From positions 12,276,001 to 12,340,000 of the forward strand of contig NC_043010.1 of assembly GCF_006345805.1 (NCBI RefSeq): a stretch of DNA of 64,000 bases, given 5' to 3'. Source of the DNA: Octopus sinensis (lineage: Eukaryota). The notes beneath the pieces are model-generated. The model worked only from the letters and a program-made list of their open reading frames with translations. It had not been told where the DNA came from and did no database searches. Shown here piece by piece: positions 1 to 13,775 of this stretch. Within the stretch, counting starts at the first letter, position 1, and every line of letters begins with the position of its first letter. The position numbers were made by a program, and so were the translations under genes.

Positions 1-321
1 ATATCTACACACTGACATATATGTGTGTATGTATGTGTATGTGCATGTATGTGTTTGTATAGGTTGATATGTAAGTAAAAGAAAAATTTCAAGGAAGCCT
101 AGCAGATCGATATTTGTAAAATTTATGTCTTTGGGAGAAGAAAGAAACTTCTGATGGTCAAATAAAACCTTAGGTTGAAAAGATTCAAACAATTGTCTTT
201 TGGCCAACTTAGTTTCGTTTTTATATGTACATATATATATATTATATATACACAAAATAATAATAAATATTGTGGGCAATAAATAAATAGTATAAATAGT
301 ATATATACCTACAACACACAC

Positions 322-361
<40 letters not shown>

Positions 362-1126
362 TATCTATATATATACCACCCACACATATATATATATATA
401 AACATACACACAAATATGAGTACAGGACGTCACCAATGTTGTAAACAACATGAAATACGTAACACAAGCAAGTTAAATATGTAAAACCAGAGGAGAAAAA
501 TGGAAAACAGGACAAGTAAACACAGAGAAAGAACCCTTATCAGTTGTCAGCTGTTGTCTAATATCTAATATATATACATGCACTACATATTGTATGTATA
601 TATATATTATATATATATATATTATATATATATTATATATATATATATATATTATGTAATGTATGTTGTGCATGTATGTGTGTTCAGAGGCAGAGATAGT
701 GGGGAAGGGAGTACTAGATGGCTATGTAAACGCACAAAAACATAAGATACATTATATAATAAATATAAAAGTAGTGGAAATTTGATTTTTCCAATTCTTT
801 ATTCTGGTTGAACAACTTTTAGTGATAATTTTTTTATTTTAACTTTCCAACTCTGATTAGCATGTACATCAATAACACTATAAAACAAAGAATAATAAAT
901 GCTTTGAGGTTGTTGTTTTGTTTTGTTTTGTTTTTTTTTTCTTGCTTTTTTTTTTGTCTTTTTGTCTTTAAGATACAAAAGATCTCAGAGTGATTATTGA
1001 TAAGGACATGTTGTTTTAAGTACACTGCAGATGTTATTTGAAAACAAACTACCAGGTTACTTCAAATAAGAGAAAGTGAAACATTTACACTGTTTGACAA
1101 AAAAATTCTATTTTGATATTATCTAA

Positions 1127-1470
1127 GGTGGCACGCTGGCAGAGTTGCTAGCAAGCCAGGTAAAATGCTTAGCAACATTTTGTTTGTCTTTACATTCTGA
1201 GTTCAAATTCCACCGAGGTCGACTTTATCTTTCATCCTTTCAGGACCAATAAAGTAAGTACCAGTTGAGCACTAGTGTTAATGAAATCGATCTTCATCCC
1301 TCCCCTGGACTTTCTGACCTTGTGCCAAAATTTCAAACCAAAAATGTCTAAGGTGGCAAGTTGGCAGAATCGTTAGCATGCCAGGCAAAATGTTTAGCAG
1401 CATTTTATCTGTCTTTATGCTCTGAGTTCAAATCCTGCCATGATTTACTTTGCCTTTCATCCTTTCAGGA
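1127..1470 (+). mobile_element. Two tandem old family B SINEs (1127-~1330; 1351-1470)
   Basis: Both begin TCTAAGGTGGCA. Other old family B copies lie at ~7650-7790 (-), ~18040-18200 (-) and ~41160-41370 (+). Confidence 0.75.
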
Positions 1471-1684
1471 TTACTCTTTTACTTGTTTCAGTCATTTGAC
1501 TGTGGCCATGCCGGAGCACTGCCTTTTAGTCGAGCAAATCGACCCCAGGACTTACTCTTTGTAAGCTAGTACTAATTCTATCAGTTGCTTTTTGTGGAAC
1601 TGCTAAGTTACGGGGACGTATACACACCAGCATTGGTTGTCAAGCGATGTTGGGGGGACAAACACAGACATACACAAACATACA

Positions 1685-1739
<55 letters not shown>

Positions 1740-1742
1740 CAC

Positions 1743-1773
<31 letters not shown>

Positions 1774-1837
1774 ATATATACTATTTACGATGGGTTTCTT
1801 TTGGTTTCCATCTACCAAATACACTCACAAAGCTTTG
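1471..1837 (-). mobile_element. SINE family A, 5'-truncated
   Basis: Homology to the other family A copies. Confidence 0.85.
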
Positions 1838-2481
1838 TGCTGGCTGGTGCCCATTCTCCTTTGCTATCAGTTTCTAGACATGAGTGGTCCTGAGACCAAG
1901 GCCTCTACTATGGTTTTAAAGAAATGTGGTGGCAAACTAGCGCAGGGACGCTACTTCCTGAGGCCCCAGCTAAATGTTAGTGTTAAATTGATTGAAGAAT
2001 TCAGTCAATTTAACTGAAAAACTGCCTTATAGAAGTAAAATGTAAGATTGATTTCAGATGCAAATAACTTACAAAATTCTATTAAAGTACATATTTAAAC
2101 TTAGCATAAAAGTAAAATCAAGGTCAGTTTAGTCAATTAAGAAACCTTAAAAAATGGTAGGCAATTGAATAGGAATTCATAAAAATATCTACTCTACATT
2201 CTCTTACAAAATTCCTGTTACACAGATACAGCCAAATCATACTAGCATAGGAAAATGAATGTAAAGATAAAATGAAACCACCCAAAGTGAAAGTGTAATA
2301 TGACATTATAATACATTTCATTTATCATTTGCTTATCAATGTCCATGTAATTGAAAAGAAGTAATCAGTAAATCCATATATTTACGTTATCTCATGTAAA
2401 TAAAATATAATAAGCAGGTTTGATTACTTAGATATATCTAATACTATAGACATATACATAGATACATAGATACTTACATAC

Positions 2482-2526
<45 letters not shown>

Positions 2527-2640
2527 TAATCCAAACAAGAAAACAAAAAAACAAAAAAACAAAAAACAACAACGCAAGGATGTGGAACAAATAAAGTATT
2601 ATTGGATGCTCAGGAAAGAAGGGAAGAAGGAGATATATAC

Positions 2641-3006
2641 AGGAGTGGTTGTGTGGTAAGTAGCTTGCTAACCAGCCACATGGTTCCGGGTTCAGTCCCA
2701 CTGCGTGGCATCTTGGGCAAGTGTCTTCTGCTATAGCCCCGGGCCGACCAATGCCTTGTGAGTGGATTTGGTAGACGGAAACTATATGTGTTTGTGTGTG
2801 TGTGTTTGTCCGCCCAACATCGCTTGACAACCGATGCTGGTGTGTTTACATCCCCGTCACTTAGCGGTTCGGCAAAAGAGACCGATAGAATAAATACTGG
2901 GCTTACAAAGAATAAGTCCTGGGATCGAGTTGCTCGACTAAAAGGCGGTGCTCCAGCATGGCCGCAGTCAAATGACTGAAACAAGTAAAAGAGTAAAGGA
3001 GTAAAA
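2641..3006 (+). mobile_element. tRNA-derived SINE family A (tRNA head + CORE-like block + microsatellite spacer + 3' domain)
   Basis: A box TGG.TGTGTGG, B box GGTTCAGTCCC, MIR/CORE-like CTTGGGCAAGTG and a (GAGTAAAA)n tail. There are more than 20 copies in the window. Confidence 0.9.
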
Positions 3007-3102
3007 ATACATACACAGGAATAGAGAAATCTCATCTTTAATTGGTGATTCCAGCATACACTACCAATAATCATCATTTCTAAAATCTGCCTGGATTTCT
3101 TT

Positions 3103-3145
<43 letters not shown>

Positions 3146-3234
3146 ATAATAATTAATATTAGAGAATAAATCCAAATTTACAGGGAAAAATCAGATTTAG
3201 GATTAAATCCAATTTTATAGTAAAATATTATATA

Positions 3235-3563
3235 ATATTAATTAGAGACAAAACCACTATTTTGCAAAACAAACAAGGAAAGACTTAATCAATACATAAA
3301 ATTTTAATAAAAAGTAAAAAAACCGCCACTACAATTGTTTCATGTCTAATGACAATCTTCAGGTGGATTTCCGATTTCCAAATCAGTTTCAATTTATGAA
3401 GTCATTTATGAACTGATTTGGAAATCGGAAATCCACTGAAGATTGTCATTAGACATGAAACAATTTAGTGGCGGTTTTTTTTACTTTTTATTAAAATTTT
3501 ATGTATTGATTAAGTCTTTCCTTGTTTGTTTTGCAAAATAGTGGTTTTGTCTCTAATTAATAT
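3235..3563. repeat. Long near-perfect inverted repeat (arms ~156 bp, ~17-nt spacer) embedded in (TA)n; probable Penelope-like element terminus with inverted duplication
   Basis: 3235-3391 is the reverse complement of 3409-3563 apart from a few 1-nt indels. Both flanks are TA-rich or (TA)n. Confidence 0.9.
3326..3366 (-). ncRNA. Minimal type I hammerhead ribozyme motif in the left arm of a palindrome
   Basis: The minus strand reads CCAC-CUGAAGA-U UGUC auua GACA U-GAAA-CAAUUG-UA-GUGG. The core is intact, stem I is CCAC/GUGG, stem III is palindromic (ACAAUUGU) and the triplet is GUA. The 10.1-11.1 pair is a non-canonical U-U. Confidence 0.6.
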
Positions 3564-3839
3564 ATATATATATATAGATATATATATATAATATATATAT
3601 AAATAGATGAGTGTATTTTTACCTTGTTAACAATTAACATGGAAAAAAATAAATAAATAGTTACCAGGGCAGCAAAAATCTCACAAGTAAAGATGTTGTA
3701 ATTCCTGTTTATATATAGGTGAACTTCGTGTTTATACCATTTATTCTTTTGAATAGTACCAGTGAATTTTCGAAACATGTGTCGAAAGTAAAAATATTGA
3801 TTACACCTGCGTTAAACTCCATTTATTTATTCATATATG

Positions 3840-3886
<47 letters not shown>

Positions 3887-4545
3887 CATACATATATATA
3901 TATGTATATATACATATATATATAAATATCTATATATTTACATACACACACTGACAAACACACCACCACACACATACATATTTATATATATATATATATG
4001 ATAGACTTTTTCTATAGTGAAGCTTTATTACAGTGTCGTATTTTATCAACTGTTATTTCTAGTAAATATTGGTGCATTGTTGTACCACCATTCTATATTT
4101 ATGTGTGCATATGTGTGTGTGTGTGTGTGTATTTATATGCATATATATTTATATATATACACATATCATATACTTACATTTATATATATTCACACACACA
4201 CATTCGTTAATTTCTTTTCCATATTTTTTCCATCACTGAATGGAGGCATTTTTTTCCAGTCAGATGTTCTTCCTGGTTTTCAAGTAAGACTCTCTAATTC
4301 TACAAGTCTTTGAAGGTGCAAAGCCTGAGAATGATATGTTGACAAGGAAAATGGCAACACCACCGTTCCTAACCTACTGATTTCCAGAGAGGGACAGATA
4401 TAAGCAAATACGCATACACACTCATGCATGAACATGATTGTTAGGCGTATTTCGTTTTTTACACTAAGTTTTTTGGGGAAAAATTCTCTCCAAGTCAAAA
4501 TCCTGCTTTTCATATTCTACTGTACAAAAACAAGTTAAGAATATA

Positions 4546-4954
4546 TACTCTTTACTCTTTACTCTTTTACTTGTTTCAGTCATTTGACTGCGGCCATGCT
4601 GGAGCACCACCTTTAATCGAGCAACTCGACCCCGGGACTTATTCTTTTGTAAGCCCAGTACTTATTCTATTGGTCTCTTTTGCCGAACCGCTAAGTAATG
4701 GGGACATAAACACACCAGCATCGGTTGTCAAGCAATGCTAGGGGACAAGCACAGACACACAAACACACACACATACATATATACATACATATATACGACG
4801 GGCTTCTAACAGTTTCCGTCTACCAAATCCACTCACAAGGCTTTGGTCGGCCCAAGGCTATAGTAGAAGACACTTGCCCAAGGTGCCACGCAGTGGGACT
4901 GAACCCGGAACCATGTGGTTGGTAAGCAAGCTACTTACCACACAGCCACTCCTG
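4546..4954 (-). mobile_element. SINE family A, full length
   Basis: Homology to the other copies; A/B boxes are present. Confidence 0.9.
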
Positions 4955-6291
4955 TACATAACTTTGTATTAACACTTGCTGCTCTGCATGCTTGTACTTA
5001 GTTTATTCCTGCTTGAAAAACCTCATCACTCACTAACAAATGTATTGTTTACTGTTTCCTTTATATGGGAACATAAGTTCTGGTCCATCACCAAATGACT
5101 ACTGTGGTATCTGTAACTGAAGAGGTGAAATCATTCCAAAACATTGTATAGTATAGTTTGCTAACATTAGTTAGAGCCTAGCTTAATGTGTTTTTAAGCA
5201 TAGAGATTAAGTTTTATCAGAGGCAAAAGGCTACAACTAATGCCACTCATATTCAGGTGTGCATGAGCATATTAAATAAATATACACATCGTTATATCTT
5301 ATTACTTTTTAGACAAAGGAAAGTGTGTGATACTCATGACTTTTGATCACCTTTGATGAAGTGCGAAGTTGATGTGGTTGATGCCCAACAATTAAAGTGA
5401 CACAGCTACAGCTGAGGATTAGAATTACTAGAGTAATTATAAGTTTACCTTCACGCCTTTACTAAACATGTATGGGAAAATTTTCAGTGTTATATCATAC
5501 AAAATGCTTTTTCTGTTTTTTTTTTTTTTTTTTTTTTTTTTGTTATAAATGATTCACTCACTTCTAATCCCTTACCTATCTCTGCTGTCACATACAAACT
5601 AATTGCATTCTTCTGAGTTGGAAAGTAGAAAATGCCCCCAGCAACAGAAGAGTCTATTACTTGTTGATCGTATACTTTGACATTTTTTTTCTTTTTTTCT
5701 TTTAAATACAACTAGTCTTTCCACCATGCCAACGAGTCACCAAGCCACTCTCTTTCACACACACTTCAGATTTACTGCAGCCATTACAAGTGAATTAGGT
5801 ATTTTAGATTCTAGCATCTTATCTTCAGTTTCAAAATTACTGAACATTTCTTTCTCCATACTTTTCATCCCACCTTACTTGGCTTGCTTCCAACATTTCC
5901 CAATCTTATTTCAATCTAGTGTATTTCGGTACAAGAATCAATACAATTTTTTCATACCTTAAAAAGCGAAAATAGATTTTTTTTTGCTGTCAATCCTGAA
6001 AGCTTTAAGAGAAAGGGAGAACATGTTTAGTGTTTCCCAATAGCTTCTCTTGTGCATACACTCCCCACTAACAGTTTTCACAGAACTCTGATATAAGAAA
6101 CAATTTGGAAAAACCTTCTCTAAAATAGTCTTAAATATTTAACAGGTTTTTATAGAAAACCAAGAAAATGTTAAATTAGATTTACATTAAATATTTATAA
6201 TTTTTTCTGCTCTTAACAGCTTCTATGTTGATAATTATATACAACTAAATTATTTATATGTATAAGTGTATTTTTTATATATATATGCGCA

Positions 6292-6322
<31 letters not shown>

Positions 6323-6880
6323 GCATGTGTGTGTGTATGTGTGTGTGTGTGTGTGTGTGTGTTAAAGCATGTACATTGTTGTAACTCCAAATGTTTTGAT
6401 GAAATTCAGATTGTTCAGGCCAAATTCAATAATGCCGTAATTCCTATAATTCAAGCAAGCTTCAATTTTCCATTTGCACAAAAGAGTTGAAACTATAGAT
6501 TTTTGTATTTTTGAATCACTTTTACACTTTTCTATCCATAAATATGCTTGGCATTCAATGCTAAGAACTAATAGCAGTTTACTCAGTGCAGAAAATTATC
6601 TTCAGAGTGACTCTTAAAATTCTTTTGATTCCTAAATAATCATTGTGAAAGCATAAAGAGTGCCAGGATGATAACCTAACTGGTAGTTCAGCAAATAATC
6701 TACCTTTGCTTCTTGCATATTTCTTTGAGTTGTGCCAATATACTACTCTTACTTAATTTTCAAGCAATTTGTGTAGCAGTGTCATCTTTAGCATAATTGC
6801 TACATTCTGGAATTGTCTTCTCTTTGAATATTCTCTGCTAAGACATCTTCACTTGTACACACCAATTGCTTTCAGTCAAG

Positions 6881-7305
6881 TTGAGAAAACTCCGACGTCT
6901 GGCAGCTTGACTTGGCAGACACCCATAAAATTATTAACCACCTTACAAACAATAACTCTGAGCACCTTTTCAAACTCCACCTGTCTAACACCCGTGAACA
7001 TGTTTACAAAGTCAAAAAACAGCACAGCTCCCATGACTTTCGGAAACATTTTTTCATGCTAAGAGTTGCTGAAGCATGGAACAAACTGCCAGCATCAGTT
7101 GTTAGTTGTTGGAGCACTGCATCCTTCAAAACTTCCATGCTTCCTGAGATTCGCCAGCACTACACCTGGTTTTCTCCCCGCCTTACACACACAAGCATGT
7201 ATCTGACTCATACAGTGTTCGCTTTCCAGACATTTGTACATTACTGCATATACTTTATACGCACTTTTGACAAGTTGTGGTGCACCTGAGCACTGTATAC
7301 AATAA
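6881..7305 (+). mobile_element. CR1-clade LINE 3' fragment
   Basis: Encodes ..HLSNTREHVYKV..RKHFFMLRVAEAWNKLPASVV, a CR1-type ORF2 C-terminus. Homologous copies lie at 54244 and 10462. Confidence 0.8.
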
Positions 7306-7844
7306 TTTCTTTATATATATATAGATTCTTAACTAAATAATTTCCATTTTTATTTAAAAACAGATACTCTTGATAGCATCTTTGTCTATCTGCTTCTTGC
7401 TGTGTTTTTCTCCCTGGTGGCCCAACTTTATCCATAATACATACATATAGTAAGACAAATATCATCTGAATATGCACTACAGTGGATAATAATTATAGTT
7501 GTTAACAGTGTATTATTGGTTAAAACAAAATTGCTATCTTATCTATTGTGGTATAGATATAGCGCTTTAGCATTCAAAATACTCTATCAAATGTATTTGT
7601 CATTTATTCATATTGTTTTGAATTAATCATGCATTATCTTGTAGACTGGTACTTAATTTATCGACCCCGAAAGGATGAAAGGCAAAGTCGACCTCGACGG
7701 AATTTGAACTCACAACATAATGGCAGACAAAATACCGCTAAGCATTTCGCCCGGTGTGCTAATGTTTCTGACAGCTCGCCGCCTTCATATCTTTTACCTT
7801 TACTGGTTTCAATCATTGGACTGAAGGGATTTAGTTGAACAAAT

Positions 7845-8730
7845 CAACCCCAATACCTATTTTGAAATTTGGTACGTTTTCTATCATTCCATTTGCTCAA
7901 CTGCTCAGTTACAGGAGCATAAACAAACCAATAATGGTTGTCAAGCAGTAATGGGGAACAAGCACAATGATATGCACAAATACATGCACATACATGCGCA
8001 TGTGCACACACAGACACATGTATATGTCACGGGATTTCAAATAGTTTCTGTTTATTAAATTCACTCACAAGGCACTGGTCAGCCTGAGACTATAATTGAA
8101 GACACTGCCCAAGGTGCCACGCAGTGGGACTGAACCTGAAACCATATACTTGCAAATTGAGCTTTGTAACCACACAGCTATGCCTGTGCATATATTATCA
8201 TACCTGCACTAATTACTTTCTACTCACACATACACACAAACACACCACACACACATGTAGCCATACATACATACACATTCATACATGCATACATAGAATC
8301 TCATGCAATCTTCCTATTTATAACATACTCTTTACTCTTTTACTTGTTTCAGTCATTTAACTGCGGCCATGCTGGAGCACCGCCTTTAATCGAGCAACTC
8401 GACCCCGGGACTTATTCTTTGTAAGCCCAGTACTTATTCTATCGGTCTCTTTTGCCGAACCGCTAAGTGACGGGGACGTAAACACACCAGCATCGGTTGT
8501 CAAGCAATGCTAGGGGACAAACACAGACACACAAACACACACACGCCATTATATAATATATATATATATACGATGGTCTTATTTCAGTTTCCGTCTACCA
8601 AATCCACTCACAAGGCTTTGGTCGGCCCGAGGCTATAGTAGAAGACACTTGCCCAAGGTGCCACGCAGTGGGACTGAACCCGGAACCATGTGGTTGGTAA
8701 GCAAGCTACTTACCACACAGCCACTCCTGC
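7845..8730 (-). mobile_element. Two tandem SINE family A copies (old 7845-8200; young 8326-8730)
   Basis: Homology to family A. Confidence 0.85.
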
Positions 8731-9646
8731 ATGATGAATATATTAAAAAAGATGTGGGGAGTTCGGTGCTTCAGAATATCACATATTTCTTGGTAGATTT
8801 ACATCATGATTTCAATTGGAATCTGTGATAGCATGTAACCCTTTAACATCATATTTGCAATTGCTTATGGTAGTTAAAAAGGCAGTTTTGCAGACAATAT
8901 TCAAAGTTGGCTCCTTAATGTTTCTAATCTCCCACTTGGGCACCTTGTCATTGCCTTGTTCTTCAATTAACTGTATTCAAATACAATATAACATGGAAGC
9001 AGTTTATAAACAAATTACATCTTCTTCAATATATATACTCTAATGGTTATATCTCAGAGGAATAAGAATGAGAACTGATTATTTCTATCAGTGGAAACAT
9101 TAAGAAATAAAGATAGTTTTACTGTTTCGTTTTGTCTCCTGATGAATCATAAATATTTTCAAGTAATTATAGACCTCAAGCAATAAAAATAAATTACCAA
9201 ACACCACATAACTTTAATGAACATCTCATTTTGAAATGTCTATAACAAAAGGAATAAACATATATCATTAAACCACACTTTTCCCAGTAAATGTTATTGA
9301 GAATTAGTGATAATTCTTCTCCCCACTAGCAATTCTGAATTATTCACCATAGTAATACTAGGGAGAAATATTGTAAACTATTAAATTATACATCATTAAT
9401 ATTTTAAATTCCTTACTCTTTCCAGAGAATGTAAATATATTTTTCTACACTTTCAAAAAAAAAAAAGAAAGAAAGTTCTGTTGTTTATCAGTTCAATATT
9501 TGCAAAAAAAAAGAAAAAAAATTTTAATCAATAATAATTTTATTATATGACAAAACAAAATTTGCTAGCTTTTTCCTTTTTCATTTTGCTTCCAAAATAT
9601 TTCCAACCTTTCTAAACATTAAAAAGGAAGAAAGAACAAAACAATA

Positions 9647-9715
<69 letters not shown>

Positions 9716-10131
9716 CATTATTATTATTATTGTTATTATTATTAGACATTAATTCCTCCAATTCTGTTCTTCAGAAATATTCTTAATGCTTAAGAATTGA
9801 GCTAAAATTTTAACAAGAATATGAAATGGTAATCAAATTCTATTTCTATTTCTATTTCTGCAGCAAATTTTCAGTTAGATTGAGAATCAACGTAACTAAA
9901 AATCACAACAGAAATGCTGAAATGTTTAATTACAATAATTTATTGTCTAAAGTTTACTCTAAGTATAATATGCCATAGAATTACTGAACTGAGGACAAAT
10001 TTTAATGTCGCTTGTTGTGTAAAAATCTTCGAATCTATAGGCACTTCACTACTTCACTGAGTTTGAGTATGGAATGATACTCTTCAGAATAAATCTACAC
10101 TCTATATTCTTTGTATGAAATATTTCTTAAC

Positions 10132-10205
10132 TTATTTGTGCAATAAATGAAAAAACGTATTAAACCTTGTTCCAATATTCATATAGTTTCTTTTTAAATG
10201 AAAAT
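10132..10205 (-). CDS. Pcdh: Inferred protocadherin terminal coding exon 3 ((D)FHLKRNYMNIGTRFNTFFHLLHK*)
   Basis: Acceptor TCATTTTTCAG| at 10206/10205. Phase-1 entry continues the exon-2 frame to a TAA at 10134-10132. It is followed by an AT-rich, SINE-free stretch (down to ~8730) consistent with a 3' UTR. Confidence 0.55.
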
Positions 10206-10461
10206 CTGAAAAATGAACTATGATTTTATATTTTGCAATATGTAAACACAGAGAAGGATTTCAATATTTAAAAACCTAGTACAATTTTCTTTCATAATCT
10301 GCATTCATAACATTTAGTATAAGTTAACATCCATACATTAACATTATTCCTCATATTTGTGCTACAAACCTATTAGGATGGTCTGCAAGCACCTTTTAAA
10401 ATTATAATCCATCTGTTCCATATATTTCTGTCAAAACTACGTTTTATTCTAACTAATGCTA

Positions 10462-10640
10462 ACATTTTTTCACGCTCAGAGTTGCTGAAGCATGGAACAA
10501 ACTGCCTGCGTCAGTTGTTGACTGCCATGACACTGCATCCTTTAAGGCCCTCATGCTTTCTGAAATCCGCCGAAACTACACCTGATTATACATACACTTT
10601 AGATAAGTTGTAGTGCACCTGAGCACTGTACACAATGTTA
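10462..10640 (+). mobile_element. Short CR1-clade LINE 3' end inside protocadherin intron
   Basis: AGAGTTGCTGAAGCATGGAACAAACTGCC... is shared with the 6881 and 54244 copies and ends in an (ATT)n tail. Confidence 0.7.
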
Positions 10641-10906
10641 TTATTATTATTATTATTATTATTATAGCTGTTAACCTATAGCTTAACTCCAGCACAGACC
10701 AACATATATATTGTCTATAATTGAGAGCAACATTTGCTACCAATCGAAGAATCTTTATGTTGACAGTCAAATATACTAGAATCAAGACAGTAAAACCAAA
10801 GCTTTGTAATTTCTTAAAACAATGAAAGTGAAATCATACAACTATTTATGCCAAGACAATTCTAGAATATTCTTTCTTCTAAAACTAAGAGACCAAAACT
10901 ACATAC

Positions 10907-11057
10907 CCGGGATCTCTTCATAGGGGCTGGTATCCTTTTTATGGAAGCTGTGCCCAGTGTTCTTAGGGGTAGACACAATTTTGGGATAATAGTCCTGTGT
11001 TGATATAAATTTCTTTTCACTTCTTCCAGATGTTGCACCAACTTCTTGAATGCAGGC
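10907..11057 (-). CDS. Pcdh: Inferred protocadherin cytoplasmic exon 2 (ACIQEVGATSGRSEKKFISTQDYYPKIVSTPKNTGHSFHKKDTSPYEEIP)
   Basis: Pyrimidine tract TTTTCTTTTCCTGCCAAG| at 11058/11057 and donor G|GTATGT at 10907/10906. The exon is 151 nt, open in phase 0 (matching the exon-1 donor) and exits in phase 1. Not confirmed by a transcript. Confidence 0.7.
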
Positions 11058-11239
11058 CTTGGCAGGAAAAGAAAATTGGTAAGAAAATTTATTTCAGGTG
11101 ATATCTTAATAGAGATATTCCAATAAATATCATCCATGGGATGACATTGCTCAAGGCAGGTGAAAAATTAAACCACACTGCAATATTGGAATCTCTAATT
11201 ATTCAGAATAATGCATGAAAAGCACTGAATTTAGAATTT

Positions 11240-11500
11240 TCTAATCTGCACAAACTATGGAACAAAATTCTACATCAACCATCTCTTCTCTCTTCTTTTT
11301 CTACCACTACGACTACCATGGCCTCTTCTCTTCAGAACTGGTTGATCTCATGCCATCTTCACACAGGCACTCCCAACTCATTCATCTCTCCCTCTCTAGT
11401 CACTCATTTTGTGTCCAACTTCCAGGTCCCACACTAATTCCTACATCAGTCCTTCCTCTCCAGAACATCAAGACTCTGGAATCTCATCTCTATGTTTTTT
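11240..11500 (+). mobile_element. Old L2/CR1-group LINE 3' fragment in protocadherin intron
   Basis: SLFFFYH..HGLFSSELVDLMP..SHSFCVQLP resembles the L2-type 'SLFYRY..G.CS.EL..L.P...SH.F.V.LP' tail. Confidence 0.5.
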
Positions 11501-13264
11501 TTGTTTTATTTTTTAATTTCCTGCAGCCATAAACTTGAAGTTATTCAAAAGGAACAGTAACCATATTAGCCCCACGGGTCTCAGAGAGCCTTATGAGGAG
11601 TGACAGGAATAGCCCTTTTCTCAAGACCGATCTAATGAAAATAAAATAAAACTCTGTAAACAGAAGCTAATAGTGTCCAAACAGTACTGGCTATAATTAG
11701 TACAGAAACAAAAGTATGTTTTTTGAAACCAATCCAGTTTTAGATATAAAAGTCTCATAAGACAGCCCCTGTAGTTGCTCCAACTTTTCAAAAAAAGTCT
11801 TACATTCAAATTAGAGAAATGCAACATTCTTTCATAGATATTTATTATAGTTTTGTTATATTACAAATCATTTTCTTACTAACAGATTTTTAAAGATATC
11901 TGTAGACTTTTATAGAAGCAATAAATATTAAAATCCCCTGAGAGATATTTCCCTCATTTTCTTTTTTTTTTTTTTAATCATAAATACTGCTGCATATTAT
12001 TTTCTGAATTTCCTAAAAGAATTTTTCAGGATGTAGTGAAAGGTTTATACATAGATGTTTCTTCACGGGTGCTTCATTTTATTTTAATGATTCCTTTAAA
12101 GAAAAAGAATCTTGAAAATTCTGATTGATTAAACAATATTATTATTATTATTATATATTTTTTCCTTCTTCTTAAGCTTTTGAATTATTTGAGGAATATC
12201 TCTGCAAAGTTATATTATGGAGTAATGCCGAAAAATAAGAAAATAGAAGCATATGTGGAAAAATATTCTGAATAGATATAAGAATAAATACAAGAACACA
12301 CTTTATTCAGCCATATCTAAGTATGTAACAACCAAAACCTATTTTGTTTGATGTCAGAATCCATAGCTAAGATTCCAAAGTAACTAAGCATTCGTGGCCA
12401 TTATTTTCAGTAAAAACTGTCCTTGCCTTTATAAAATAATAGACTGATAATTTTTCAGTTTTTGCTCATGTCAGTAACAGCATGTTATTGATTACATGTA
12501 ACTCAGGGCTTAGTTTAAATAAAGCCATTTATATATGGAAAAGAGACAGATTTCTAATCTTTTCTTCTGCACATAATCCATTCTTTTTCACTAGACTGCT
12601 TCAGAAACCTTTATCTTCGATTTGACTTCGCTACCTCTAAACTTTTATTATTCTTTACATTATTCCTAATGTTCAACTATCAGCCTAGTTTCTCTCACTA
12701 CATTCCCATCTATTCACTACAATCTACTCACTGCATTGATTCAGATTCTTCCTTCACAATACCCCATTCTTCTTTCTACATCATCTTTTCCTTTCCATTA
12801 CCTCTATTCTTTGATTTGTGCTTTTCTTCCCTCTGCTGAATGTCTCTTTTGTTTGGCTAACATTTACTCCCTTTTATACTGATATATCCCACCAAATTTT
12901 TACAACAAAACAGCTTGGTGTTCAGTGGCACGTAACATTTTACCTATCTGGCAACATTTCTTTTCTAACAGGCTGGACTGGCTATACAATACTCACTGGG
13001 CTTTCTTTGATAAACACTATCGAAAAATTTTTTTTCCAATAATGCTATAGTTTATATATAAACGTTCCCTGGCAATCCTATAATATAAAACATGACTAAC
13101 TACCACTTGAGTATCTTTTTTATGACTTTTTTTTAGTGTGGAAGAAGCGAGGTAGATCAAGGACTTAAGTGTATGATTTACAAACTAGACACACACAATT
13201 TATGACCAGTAGTATGTGATTATATCTTGACTAGTGTTTTTCAGAATTTAAATAGATCACTGCA

Positions 13265-13305
<41 letters not shown>

Positions 13306-13775
13306 CACTACTACTACTACAAACCTATCATCAATTTGGCAGCAAAGTTGGTGTTAAACCACAAAACAGATACTTAGAGTTTTGTGTAAGGCATACATGT
13401 GTGAATATAGTGATATATCGAAGAACTAGTGAAGTTGTGATAGAATGAATTATGGATGTTAGCATCATTAATAAAAGAAATAATTTTACTTCATTTCATG
13501 ATGTCTAACTATTGCTTTATTATATTGCTTGATTATATGAGTAGCATATAAATCACACTTTAGTAGTAATTTGACAAAAATATTGAACTATTGTTAAAGG
13601 TAGTCTCCATCCTATGATACAAGAAATGAGCAGCCATAGATGATATGAGCTAATAGACAAAATATTTTATCCATTCAATGTTTTCTTATTATAAATATAG
13701 GAATTATAGGAAATAATATTTGGATTGAGCTAAAATAGAAAATTTCAGAGACAAAGTAAAATAAGAAATACTTAC

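Noticed and set aside
11030-11078. Plus-strand exon-like signal (TTCTTCCAG|...G|GTAAGA) antisense to exon 2
   Set aside because: The pyrimidine tract is the complement of purine-rich minus-strand coding sequence, and no partner exons are evident.
13704-13775. C-terminus VSISYFTLSLKFSILAQSKYYFL of the supplied 820-aa ORF
   Set aside because: It begins exactly at a consensus GTAAGT donor, so it is most likely intron read-through; an intron-retained isoform cannot be excluded.
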